64,000 bases of DNA from the NCBI RefSeq assembly GCF_006345805.1, contig NC_043004.1, forward strand, positions 70,804,001 through 70,868,000, given 5' to 3'. This DNA comes from Octopus sinensis (lineage: Eukaryota). This document shows, piece after piece, positions 37,350-49,591 of this stretch. The stretch's first letter is position 1; every line of letters begins with the position of its first letter. The translations under genes were made by a program, and so were the position numbers. The notes under the pieces are model-generated. The model was not told where the DNA came from, searched no databases, and saw only the letters and a program-made list of their open reading frames with translations.

Positions 37350-38610
37350 ACAGTTTTTTATTTAGTTGTACAGATCAACCTTAAAGTCTGGTACATATTT
37401 CTTCCAATATCTTTTGCCAGACTACAATGTTATGAGAACATAGACAAACAGGCACAAGCATGGCTGTGTGGTAAGAAACTTGCTTCCCAATAACATGGTT
37501 ATCCTCCGAGGCACAAGTCTGGGCACGGTTGTTTATGGAAGACCAGCAGTCGCCCACGCATTCCAGCCTCCTCTCTCCACGCCACCGATGTTATCCAAGG
37601 GAAAGGCAAAGGACGATACAACTTGGCACCAGTGACGTCGCAGCTCAATTATTAATGTGCAAGTGGCTGAGCACTCCACAGACATGTGTACCCTTAATGT
37701 AGTTCTCGGGGAGATTCAGCGTGACACAGAGTGTGACAAGGCTGGCCCTTTGAAATACAGACACAACAGAAGCAGGAGGAAAGAGTGAGAGAAAGTCGTG
37801 GTGAAAGAGTACAGCAGAGTTCACCCCCCCCCTGCCGGAGCCTCGTGGAGCTTTTAGGTGTTTTTGCTCAATAAACACTCACAATGCTCAGTCTGGGAAT
37901 CGAAACCACAATCCTATGACCATGAGTCCGCTGCTCTAACCACTGGGCCATTGCACCTCCACACAAACATATATATATATATTGTGTTTTTTAAGACAGC
38001 ATTTATTAAGATTAGACCTGAAGCCATATAATTGCAAGTGAACTCCTTAACCACACCCTCATTCTTGTGGATCTCTCTCTGTATAAGCTAATACAGATAA
38101 ATCATCATCATCATCAAATGTCTGTTTTCTACGCTGGCATGGGTTAGATGGTTTGACTGGAGCTGGTGACCCAGAGAGCTACACCAGGGCCCAGTCATCT
38201 ATTTTGGTTTGGTTTCTATAGCTGGATGCCCTTCCTAATGCCAACCACTTAACAGAGTGTACTGGGTACCTTTTATGTGTCACCAGCATGCGCACCTTTT
38301 ACATGTCACTGTCACAGGTGCCCTTCTAGATGTCACTGACATGGGTGCCTTTTACATGTCACCGGCACTGGCCATGACCACAATTTCACTTAACTGGATG
38401 CGTCTTCTCACATACAAGCATTCAATGGGCTTCTACACAGTTTCTGCCTACCAAACTCACTCACAAGGCATTGGTTGATCTGGGGCTGTAGACACTTGTT
38501 CGAGGTGCCATGCAGTAGAACCGAACCCCAAATTATGTGATTTGCAAAACAAGCTTCTTAATCCCACATCCATAACTGCACATGAGTATATATAACATAT
38601 ATAAGCAAAT

Positions 38611-38657
<47 letters not shown>

Positions 38658-40539
38658 GGTAAAAGGGGTAAAGACCCCCCACCCCTACCCCACTTCAGTC
38701 ATGGATGACCATGGGGTTGCACCTAGAAAATTCCCCTCCAAGGTACAAGTCTGGGACAGGTTGCTTTATGGAAGACCAGCAGTCACCCATGCATACCTGC
38801 CTCCTCTCTCCATGCCACTGATGTTGTCCAAGGGAAAGGCAAAGGCCATGCTACAGCTTTTGCACCAGTCATGTTGCAACTCATTTTTTCCAGCTGAGTG
38901 AACTGGAGCAATAAAGTGAAATAAAGTGTCTTGCTCAAGAACACAACATGCAGCCTGGTCCAGGAATTGAACTCCCTACCTCATGATTGTGAGCCTGATG
39001 CTCTAACCACTGAGCAATGCACCTTCATAGTGTGTGTATACACACACACACGCAATTGTCTTCTACTATAGCCTTGAGCCTATCAAAATCTTGTGAGTGG
39101 ATTTGGAAGCTGGAAACTGAAAGAAGTCCCTTGTATAAATAATATATATATATATATATATAATATATATGTATATATATATCTGTGTCTGTGTTTCTTT
39201 GTGTCTGTTTTTGTCTCCTATCACTGCTTGACAACTGCTGTCGGTGTGTTTATGTTCCAGTAACCTAGCAGTTCGGCAAAAAGAGACCGTTAGCATAAGT
39301 AGCAGACTTTAAAGAAAAAAGCTCCTGGGGTCGATTCATTCGACTAAATAACTTTTCAAGGCGGTGCCCCAGCATGGCCACAGTCTAATGATTGAAACAA
39401 GTATAACATAAAAAGATATATATAGGTATAAATAATTATATATGTGTAATTATATATATGTAATTATGTACATATATATTTTTATACACACATACACATG
39501 CATATATATATTGTATATGTTTGCATAATCAATATTTAAAATGTGTATTGCATATAATCAATAGTTAATCACCTAGTCTCTAACCTATACTGACCTATCT
39601 GCTTCATAATCAATACTCTAAATGTCTCACGTACAATCGGTTGCTATAAGCTGACACAATTCACTCCTTTCATTCGAATTTTGCTTTTGTATTTTGCTCC
39701 ACGTGACCCCCTGACTATAATTAAAAGGTGGCCTGGAAGAGAGGGATCAACAGATGTGGTATCAGAAACATTATACTAACGAATCCAAACACAAAATATC
39801 TCATGACATAACAATATTCTTGTAATTAATTCTCTGTCTGTCTGTTTGTCTTCCTTTAACCTTTAACCTTTTGCTTGTTTCAGTCGAGCAAATCAACCCC
39901 CATTCCTCTTTTTTTCTTTTAAAAGTCTCCTACTTATTCTGTTGGTCACTTTTTGCTGAACCGCTAAGTTTCAGAGATGTAAACAAACCAACACAGGCTG
40001 TCAAGTAGTAGTGGGACACAAACATACACATACACATACGTATATACATATATAAAATAATCAGGGTGAAAAATTGAATATTAATTTGATTAATATCAAT
40101 TTAAAACCAGTGATCTAGCATATAGAAAAATCTGAAGATTCAGAAAAATTATATTCTCTTTTACTCGTTTCAGTCATTTGACTGTGGCTATGCTGGAGCA
40201 CTGCCTTTAGTTGAGCAAATCGATCCCAGGACTTATTCTTTGTAAGCCTAGTACTTATTCTATTGGTCTCTTTTGCTGAACCGCTAGGTTACGGGGACGC
40301 AAACACACCAGCATCAGTTGTCAAGCGATTTTGGGGACGGACACACACACACACACACAATATGACGGGCTTCTTTCTGTTTCCGTCTACCAAATCCACT
40401 CACAAGGCTTTGCTCAGCCCTAGGCTATTGTAGAAGACACTTGCCCAAGGTGCCACACAGTGGGACTGAACCCAGATCCATGTGGTTGTTAAGCAAGCTA
40501 CTTACCACACAGCCACTCCTGCGCATTACATACATATAA

Positions 40540-40746
40540 AAGGGTGACCACTAAGTGGATATCCGTAATGCTAGAAGTCACCCCCTATGGTCTTACCACT
40601 AATTTGTATCTTTTCATTTGTCTTGCTCGCTTATATTCTGGCGTTTGCTGAATTTCCTTGAGAATATTCCTTTCTTAGTGGTAAGACCATAGGGCAGGGG
40701 GTCGACTTCTAGCATAATGGATGTCCACTTAGTGGTCATCCCCCTT
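40540..40746. mobile_element. MITE with about 65-bp imperfect TIRs in a TA context
   Basis: aagggtgaccactaagtggat...ggtcttaccactaa / ttagtggtaagacc...gtccacttagtggtcatcccctt. Confidence 0.8.
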
Positions 40747-41775
40747 ATATATATGTAATATATACATGCATATGTATATTGTCATCATCACTGTCATGAT
40801 TTAATGTCCATTTTCTATGCTGGCATAGGTTGGATGGTTTGAGAGGAGCTGGCTAGGTTGAAGACTGCACCAGGCTTCGCTGTATGATTTGGCAGGGCTT
40901 TTGTGACTGGATGCCCTTCCTAACACCGACCATCTTGACAGTGCTTTTTACATGGCACTAATATATATATATAAGAAGCTTGCTTCCCAACCACATGGTT
41001 CTAGGTTCAGTCTCACTGCGCGGCACCTTGGGGAAGTGACTTCTACTATAGTATCGAGTCGACCAAAGCCTTATGAGTGGATTTGGTAGACAGAAACTGA
41101 AAGGTGGTGAGCTGGCAGAAATGTTAGCACGCCGGGCGAAATGCTTAGCGATATTTCTTCTGCCGCTACGTTCTGAGTTCAAATTCCGCCGAGGTCGACT
41201 TTGCCTTTCATCCTTTCGGATCGATAAATTAAGTACCAGTTACGCACTGGGGTTGATATAATCAACTTAATCTGGTTGTCTGTCCTTGTTTGTCCTCTCT
41301 TTGTTTAACCCCTTGTGAGTAGTAAAGAAATAGGTATTTCATCTGGCACTATATATAAATGTATGTATTTATGTGTCTGTTTGTTCCCCCACCATCACTT
41401 GACAACCAATGTTGGTGTGTTTATGTCCCCATAACTTAGCAGTTCAGCAAAAGAGACCAATAGGCGGTGCTCCAGCATGGTTACAGTCAAAGAAATAAAA
41501 GAATAAAATAATATGTATATATATGGAACCTGGTGCAGCTCTCTGGCTTACCAGTTCCAGTCAAGCCATCAAACCCATGCCACCTTGGAAAGCAGACCTT
41601 AAATGATGATGTTGATGATACATACACACACATGATGGCTTCTTCAGTTTTCTGTGTACTGTATCCATTCACAAGGCTTTGGTTGGCCTGACGTGCCACT
41701 CAGTAGGACTGCATCCGGAACCATGTGGCGAGAAGTAAACTTCATACCACATGGCCACCTCTGCGCCTACATGCA

Positions 41776-41816
<41 letters not shown>

Positions 41817-41819
41817 GTA

Positions 41820-41864
<45 letters not shown>

Positions 41865-41972
41865 CATACACACCACACACATATATATATGTATATATTA
41901 TATATATATATATATAATATATATATACATACATACATACATACATATATATATATGTATATATATACATAC

Positions 41973-42020
<48 letters not shown>

Positions 42021-42080
42021 ATAAGAGTAAATAATTTCTATAATGGTTTTTAAAAAGACCACATGGAACTATTCCTACAG

Positions 42081-42113
<33 letters not shown>

Positions 42114-42149
42114 TACTATATACTATATATATATATCAAAATCGAAATT

Positions 42150-42406
42150 GATCAACATCAATGGAAATTGAAGCTGTGATACCAGTGCCGGTATCACGTA
42201 AGCGAACCATCCAAACGTGGCCGTTGCCAGCACCGCCCCAAGGGGCACGTTAAAAGCACCCACTACACTCATGGAGTGGTTGGCGTTAGGAAGGGCATCC
42301 AGCCGTAGAAACACTGCCAGATCAGACTGGGCCTGATGCAGCCTTCTGGCCTCCCAGACCCCAGCTGAACCGTCCAACTCATGCTAGCATGGAAAGCGGA
42401 TGCTAA

Positions 42407-42438
<32 letters not shown>

Positions 42439-42440
42439 AC
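42150..42440 (+). mobile_element. RTE 3' UTR/tail copy, near consensus, ending in (ATG)n
   Basis: Contains ggcacgttaaaagcaccc, a single copy of the satellite motif. Other copies lie at about 38100-38400, 52820-53140, 55300-55560, 60235-60355 and 61695-61880 (all -). Confidence 0.85.
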
Positions 42441-42446
42441 ACACAC

Positions 42447-42940
42447 AGTACCATGCAAAAGTCTTTGGTCACTTTAAATTATTGTAATTTTCTACTAATT
42501 GCCAACTTACAAATGGATGCTTCACATTGTGCTTTTTACAGATGAAACATTGGCCCTGTTGGAGTCATGTCCACACCTAATCATTATATTTTGTAGTAGG
42601 GGTTCTGAATGAGAGGGGAAGACGTGAAACAACCATTAAAAATGGCCATGCAAAAGTTTTCAGCCACCTCACAAAAACCAATCAAAATAGAGAGTTTTAA
42701 AACAGAAAAATGTCTATAATGAAAGTTTATTACATAATGTTCATTTCAAGAAGTTACTGTACATGGTTAATATTTTGTGTGGCTTCTCTTAGCTTAAATA
42801 ATTGCTTCAATGTGCCTGGGAAGAGTTGCGTACAAATCCTCCACCGTCTTCACAGGTATGGGATGTCATTTTCTGTGGCTGAGCTCCCACAACTCTTCAA
42901 GATTGTGTGGATTCTTTTAATGAACTCGTCTCTTTAATGG
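42447..42940 (-). mobile_element. Tc1-like transposon 3' remnant
   Basis: TIR-like cagtaccatgcaaaagtctttggtcact. The minus strand reads EDLYATLPRHIEAII*AKRSHTKY*, matching the Tc1 C-terminal S.PRR..AVI.AKG..TKY motif. Confidence 0.7.
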
Positions 42941-43532
42941 AAAGAAATGGAAAAACAAAATAATAAATTGAACAATTATAAATTCAATTCAGTTGAAATA
43001 TTTTATGCAAATAAATGACAGCTGTTTCCACCCATTTTACACCTATCTAAACTGTTTTATATATATATTTGAAATTTGAAATCATAACTGCTAGTACAAT
43101 CGATTAAACCACGTGTGTGTTTGACGTTATGTTAAAATTCAGCGTGCGATTTAATAAATTTAGACAAATTCTGCTGATGACCTATAGATGTTGTGTAAGT
43201 AAAATTGCATATTACATTAATAGCGAAACAATTGTCCAGAGTTAATCTATTTTTTGTTATTTTTTACTTGCCCTGCTCGTTTACGTTAAATGTTGTGTTG
43301 ATTTTCCTTGGAAACAATTTTTAGTGGCTAATACCATAGCGGATCTATTTTTAGCGCTAGAGTCGACCATATAGTGGTCACTCTTTTATATTTATGTATA
43401 TATATATATATGTATAAATCAGAAGTGGAAAAACAAAATAATAAATTAAACAATTATAAATTCAATTCAGTTGAAATATTTTATACAAATAAATGACAGC
43501 TGTTTCCACCCATTTTACATCTAGCTAAACTG

Positions 43533-43574
<42 letters not shown>

Positions 43575-43576
<2 letters not shown>

Positions 43577-43946
43577 GAGCAAAACGCCCCCCGTCCAATG
43601 GACGGTGCTGAGTTGTCAAACATTTAAACCAAATTTTCTCAAAATAACTTGTCGAACCATCCCATAGGACTCCCCTTTAAGAAACACTGATTTAATCTAA
43701 ATTTGAGATGGCAGCAAAAGAAGAAATAAAGATAGACTTTTTTCTATTCCAAAGAAAAATGATTTCCCATGGCTTTATCAATCGCATTCTCACCTGGAAT
43801 CGATTTTTGTATTTTTTTCAAGACTTATACACGCCCTGATACCGTCAGTATCTACATATCAAATTTGAGCACAATCGGATGGAGGATGCCCGAGATCCTA
43901 GAAGCCACACACACAGACAGACAGAACAGATTTTATATAAGAGATA
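43575..43946 (+). mobile_element. Helentron/DINE-like non-autonomous element
   Basis: 3' part atcaaatttgagcacaatcggatg...acacacagacagacag...ttttatataagagat. Shares the ttttata..agat end with 56923-57317. Confidence 0.55.
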
Positions 43947-44809
43947 CACATATATTTTTGTATGTATGTATGTATGTGTGTGTATATATGTTTGTGAGTC
44001 TGTGTCCCCCCAACTTCGCCTGACAACTGATGCTGGTGTGTTTACGTCCCCATAACTTAGTGGTTTGGCAAAAGAGACCAATAGAATAAGTAGTAGGTTT
44101 ACAAAGTGGAAGTCCTGAGGTTGATTTGTTCGACTGAAGGCAGTGCTCCTGTATGGCCACAGTCAGATGATTGAAACAAGAGAATAAAAGTATACAAAGA
44201 CACACACACACATACACACTTATCCACCCTGGTTTGTAAAATGGTTTACCTTTAATACAACAAACGCATAACAGCTTCTATATACTTCAAACGCAAAAAT
44301 ATAATTAGCAATTTTTAGGTTTTTGTTAAAAACGAAAAACTAAAAAGGTAAAAAGAAAAATCAAAGTTATCTCATCAGATAACGAGGATGAAAATTCATT
44401 ACTTTTTGTCATCACGTATTGAAAATCCATAGAAACAAATGGGCAGATAGCCCAATTAGTTTTATGCAACAATGTTGTGACTACATGAACTAGTTCGTTA
44501 TTGTTAATATGCTTATGAAACAGATTTCATAGTTAATACTATGTGTAAAACTGAAGCTGTCTCATTATTCTAAATTGATTACTTGGGAGATTGGTAAAAC
44601 GGGAAGCTGATATCTTTGCTGTCCTTGTGTTAACATTTAGTTTTTTTTTTTTTTTTACATTCTTGAGTGTGGATCAGATGAAATCCGTCTGGGCAGATTT
44701 TTGATGACTGGATGCTCTTCCTGTTGCCAATCCTTGTCTGTTTCTATGCAAATTAGTGTTTTCCCTTTGGGCAGACTTGTTTTGGTATGGTCATGTAATG
44801 CATATGGAC

Positions 44810-45985
44810 AAGGACAGCTGTGTAAAAAAGTGCAGATCTCTGACTGTAAAGGGAACCTGTGGTAGATGTAGACCCAGGAAGACATGGGACGAGGTTGTGA
44901 AATATGATCTTTGAACTTTGGGCCTCACAGAGGCAGTGACTAGTGGCTGAGACCTGTGGTGATGTGTTGTGCTTGAGAAGACTCGTCAAGCCAGTGCAGT
45001 GTGGAGCACTCATTCCAATGCTCTACATTTACGTGTGTGTATATATATATATATATATCAACAATAATAAATCTCTGAATGAGGTATAAACAGTAGCTGC
45101 ATGACATCGTGAAGTATATTTGCCACTTAAATGTGGCTAACCCTTAAGGGTGGATGCTACTGTAGCTTGTAGCCCCAGGAGGACACCTCCTCCAGCTGTC
45201 TATTGACACACTTTCTGTGCCCTATCAGTATCTGTAAAGGGAAGCCATCCTTCCCATCTTCAACCTGACATGACACACGCAGACTCGAGTTTCTGGGTAT
45301 TGACCTGTCATCAGCGTGTGACAATCTACGGTTGTCAAGTCCGTGTGTATCATGTCAGGTTGAAGATGGGAAGGATGGCTTCTTTTTGCAAATACTGATA
45401 GGGAACAGAAAGTGTGTCAATAGCCAGCTGGAGGAGGTGTTCTCTTGGGGCTACAAGCTACAGTAGCATCCACCCTTAAGGGTTAGCCACATTTAAGTGG
45501 CAAATATACTTCACAATGCCTCATAGAGGCAGTGACTAGTGACTGAGACCTTTGGTGATGTGTTGTGCTCGAGAAGACTCGTCAAGCGGTAGTTGTGGCT
45601 GATGCTGGTGGCATGTAAAAAGCACCTTTTGAGCGTTGAGCCTTATGGAGGCAAAGTGGCTGCTGCTGGTAGCCTGTGAAAAGCTCCTTTTGAGTGTTGG
45701 GCCTCACAAAGGCAATGACTGAAACCATTGGCATTATATCATGCTTGAGAAGATGTTCCATCAAGCTAAATAAAATTGCAGTTGTGGCAGATACTGGTGT
45801 CACGCAAATAGCACCCATGCTGGTGGCATGTAAAAGTTCCCATTACACTCTTGGAGTTGTTGGTGTTAGGAAGGGCATCCAGCTGTAGAAGCCTTGCCAA
45901 ATCAGATTGGGCTTTGGCGCAGCCTTCCAGCTTGGTCAAACTGTCTTAACCTTTGCCAGCATGGACAAGGGATGCTAAATGAATA
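44810..45985 (+). mobile_element. RTE LINE 3' end (ORF2 C-terminus, repeated 3' UTR units and tail), interrupted by a PLE-like foldback
   Basis: GRCRPRKTWDEVVKYDL*TLGLTEAVT... at 44861. gctggtggcatgtaaaa motifs near 45604 and 45820. Tail ends with gctaaatga. Confidence 0.8.
45109..45514. mobile_element. Long foldback (about 175-bp arms) with a hammerhead-like motif at 45274-45320 (-)
   Basis: Arms at 45109-45283 and 45337-45514. The minus strand reads CACACG-CUGAUGA-C-AGGUCAAUACCCA-GAAA-CUCGAG-UC-UG-CGUGUG. Confidence 0.75.
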
Positions 45986-46362
45986 TATATATATATATAA
46001 TGTAAATTTTATAACTTCAAAGCCTATTATGTCCCCTGGTGAGGTATTAATAGGTGTGTGCATTGTGTGGTGAATTCAATTTCATTATATCATTACCCAC
46101 CAACGAGGGTGCAGTATAGAAGTATGCTGAAATGATCATTGCGATAAATAAAGTTTCCAGTATGCTCTGTATTCCATATCAACCATTTAGAATATATATC
46201 TATGTGTAATTTTGCTTGTTGTATTTTATAGATATGGCTGAGAAAGCTGAAGAAATATTGCTTTTGAATATAAATATTAGTTTTATAAGGTGTTATTTAC
46301 AACCAGATTGATGTTTTAATAAAAGAAAAATTGTCTGATGGTGTTTTGTTCTCGTCTTTCAG

Positions 46363-46564
46363 GTTGTATTCCCTGAACCGCATACGCAACACAGAACGGT
46401 ACTATGATGAATTACCAGATCATCATCGGTCAATTATACCAAACTTCCGCGACCATCTTGGCAAAGTTCGCAACTGCATTGAAACCAATTTCCATCTCAT
46501 CAAACTCATCATTCAAAACACAGAACATATGTTCGAAAACAAGAACCACGGACCTGTTGAAAAT
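46363..46564 (+). CDS. CARNMT1: Internal coding exon of carnosine N-methyltransferase (N2227 family, N-terminal region)
   Basis: tctttcag| acceptor and AAT|GTAAGC donor. (R)LYSLNRIRNTERYYDELPDHHRSIIPNFRDHLGKVRNCIETNFHLIKLIIQNTEHMFENKNHG aligns by eye with the CARNMT1 segment R.N.TE..F..LP...Q...P.F..HL.K.R.CI..N...I....HMFENK.YG. No other exons were identified with confidence. Confidence 0.85.
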
Positions 46565-46709
46565 GTAAGCTTGAGCCAGATTCTTCACTATATTTTTTTT
46601 GCTATATATATATTATATATATATTTATATTTTTTTTTACTCCCATATTTGTGAAACATTGAGGTGAGAAATGTGGTGCAATGACTGCTATTCTATATTT
46701 AATAATTTA

Positions 46710-47991
46710 CGAGGGGCGTTCAATAAGTAATGCCTCTGACCCACTTGCAGTTGTTTGATCTAGCTGAAATTTTGCATGTGCACTTATTTACACCTCTATA
46801 GAGTAAGTGGCGAATTACAGCTCTGAACTAATTGTGGTTTCTGATTTACAGGTGTTTGAACTGAGTCAAGTGTGAAATGGAGCCTGTTGAGTGTCGAGCA
46901 GTGATCTGGTTTTTGTATTTGAAAGGACGCACACCACGGGAGACTTTTGATGAAATGAAAGTAACTTATGGTGATGATACCCCATCATATGACCTTGTAA
47001 AACGCTGGCATCATGAATTCAAACATAGTCGGAACTCTGTGGAAACAGCTCCCAGATCTGGTCACCCCCTTCTGCCGTTGATGAGATGTCTGTCCATCAA
47101 GTTGAGGCTGCCATTTTGGAAGGTCAACGCATAACTATTCGCCAAATACCCCATAAGGTCAAGATTAGTACCGGATCTGTGGAAACTATCATTCATGACC
47201 ATTTGCATATGCAAAAGGTGTCTGCCAGATGGATTTCCAGGTTGCTCACACCTTTCCAGAAGCAAGAACGCGTTGAGTGCTCGAGGATGAATTTGGAGAT
47301 GTGCCAAAAAGATGAGTCAAAATTTTTCAAAAGACTGATCACACAGGATAAAACCTGGGTCCAACACTATGATCCATAGACCAAAGCCCAGTCAATGCAG
47401 TGAAAGCACCGTGACTCACCTCCTCCAAAGAAGGCAAGGGTGCAGCCCTCCGCTGACAAGGTTATGCTCACAAGGTTATGCGCACACTTCTGGGACCAGG
47501 ACGGAGTAGTGGTGACAGATTTCCTGGCAAAGGGTACCACAATTACAGGAGCCTATTATGCTTCACTTTTGAGGAAATTAAGAGAAGCTATCAAAATCAA
47601 GAGGCGGGGCAAGATCAGCAAAGGCATCCTCCTCCTGCAGGACAACGCTCCGGTCCACAACTCGCGTGTCGCCAGATCAGAAGCACAGGCGTGCAGCTAT
47701 GAACTCCTTCCCTTGCACCCTCTGATTTTCACCTCTTCCCAGCCATGAAGTTGATTTTGAAAGGAAAGCGTTTCCCAGATGATGCAGCCTTGATTTCTGA
47801 AGTCACGTCGTGGTTGGAGGACCAAGCTGGGGTCTTCTACAAAAACGGTCTCCAGAGCTGTATCAAACGATGGGAGATATGCATAACTCTGGGTAGTTCT
47901 TATGTAGGAAAAGACTAATAACTGTGCCAAGTGTCGTTGCTCTACTGCTATGGGAAGTGGGTCAGGGGCATTACTTATTGAACGCCCCTCG
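46710..47991 (+). mobile_element. Full-length mariner (DD34D-type) transposon, 1282 bp
   Basis: 37-bp TIRs cgaggggcgttcaataagtaatgcc(t/c)ctgacccactt with one mismatch. TA duplication at 46708-46709 and 47992-47993. Confidence 0.95.
46877..47918 (+). pseudogene. Mariner transposase, disrupted
   Basis: HTH region MEPVECRAVIWFLYLKG..., WISRLLT (decayed WVP), ITQDKTW, LLQDNAP and LAPSDFHLF. It has frameshifts, stops and loss of the HPPYSPD segment. Confidence 0.9.
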
Positions 47992-48053
47992 TATATATTA
48001 GTAACAGTTGAATTTTTCCTTTTTGGTTTTATATTGTGTACAGCCATCTTTGT

Positions 48054-48085
<32 letters not shown>

Positions 48086-48150
48086 TTAGGGATAGTCATA
48101 TTTTATTCATCAGTTAACCACATGCATTATATACTTGGTCTTCACTTCAG

Positions 48151-48189
<39 letters not shown>

Positions 48190-48554
48190 TTTAGTGTCCT
48201 TTGTCTGAAATCTTTTGTCACATCCTGTGACCTCTTCAGCGACCCCCCCATCCTTATGTGTCTCCTCCTGTTCTGTTTAGTATATAGACAAACAAAAAGA
48301 TAAAACAAAAACACATGATCATCCCTAAATGTAACAATGTTTCAACACACAATTTCTCATCAGTAATTTTACAAAACAAATACAGAAATGTAAGTATATA
48401 TGTTTTTTTTTAATTAATAATTGGCAGAAATTCCAAAGTAACCGAAAGGCTGAGAGTTTCATGTAATTGGTAAGCGCCAGCATACAAAGCTCCCAGCCCT
48501 TGACTCACAGTGTAACATCTACCCTTTATTAATTGCAAAAAATATATATATAGG

Positions 48555-48890
48555 TGCAGGAGTGGCTGTGTGGTAAGTAGCTTGCTTACCAACCACATGG
48601 TTCCAGGTTCATTCCCACTGTGTGGCACCTTGGGCAAAGCCTTGTGAGTAGATTTGGTAGACGGAAACTGAAAGAAGCCTGTCGTATATATGTATATATA
48701 TATGTATGTGTGTCTGTGTTTGTCCTCCCAACATCGCTTGACAACCGATGGTGGTGTTTACATCCTCGTAACTTAGCGGTTTGGCAAAAGGGACTGATAG
48801 AATCAGTACTAGGCTTCCAAAGAATAAGTTGCTCGACTCAAAGCCGGTGCTCCAGCATGGCTGCAGTCAAATGACTGAAACAAGTAAAAT
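48555..48890 (+). mobile_element. SINE family A (internally deleted)
   Basis: Matches the family A head and tail. Confidence 0.88.
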
Positions 48891-48894
48891 AGAA

Positions 48895-49558
48895 AAAAAT
48901 ATATATATATATATATATATGCTCGAAATGAGGAGTAGATAGAGCACCGACAACTGATGAAGCATCGTTCTTTATGTTACTTGTCCTGTTTTCCTTTGTT
49001 TCTATCATTGTTTGCATATTGAACTCATTTGCTTTCGTATTTCATGTTGTTTACTGCCTGGTGATGTCCTGTACCCATATGCTGAGACTCCCTTCGGTCA
49101 TGAATGACCATGGGATTGCACCTAGAAAGTTACCCTCCCTGGCACAAGTCCGGGCAAGCTTGTTTATGGAAGACCAGCGGTCGCCCATTCATACCGGCCT
49201 CCCCTCTCCGTGCCACCAGTGTTATTCAAGGGAAAGGGAAAGGGGCCGATACAGCTTGGCACCTGTGACATCGCAACTCATTTCTACAGCTGAGTGAACT
49301 GGAGCAACGTGAAATAAAGTGTCTTGCTCAAGAACACAACACGCAGCCCGGTCCGGGATTCGAACTCACAACCTCACAATTGTAATCTCGATGTTCTAAC
49401 CACTGAGCCATGCGCCTTCACATATACCATATATGTACCCATATATGCATTGTATATACATACATACATACATCATACATACATACATACATACATACAT
49501 ACATCATACATACATACATACATACATACATACATACATACAACATACATACATACAT

Positions 49559-49591
<33 letters not shown>

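Noticed and set aside
43108-43200. Coding exon 1 of CARNMT1 (MLKFSVRFNKFRQILLMTYRCC|gtaagt)
   Set aside because: It ends in phase 0 while the 46363 exon needs phase 2, and similarity to the CARNMT1 N-terminus is not convincing.
46877-47918. Active or domesticated transposase
   Set aside because: Multiple frameshifts and stops, and deletion of the YSPD motif next to the third catalytic Asp.
48332-48370. Minus-strand CUGAUGA...GAAA hammerhead candidate
   Set aside because: Stem II and stem I pairing are too weak to support it.
48954-48990. CTGATGA box (also at 50517-50523) as another hammerhead
   Set aside because: No stem II and no GAAA box follow. At most it is a deleted PLE remnant.
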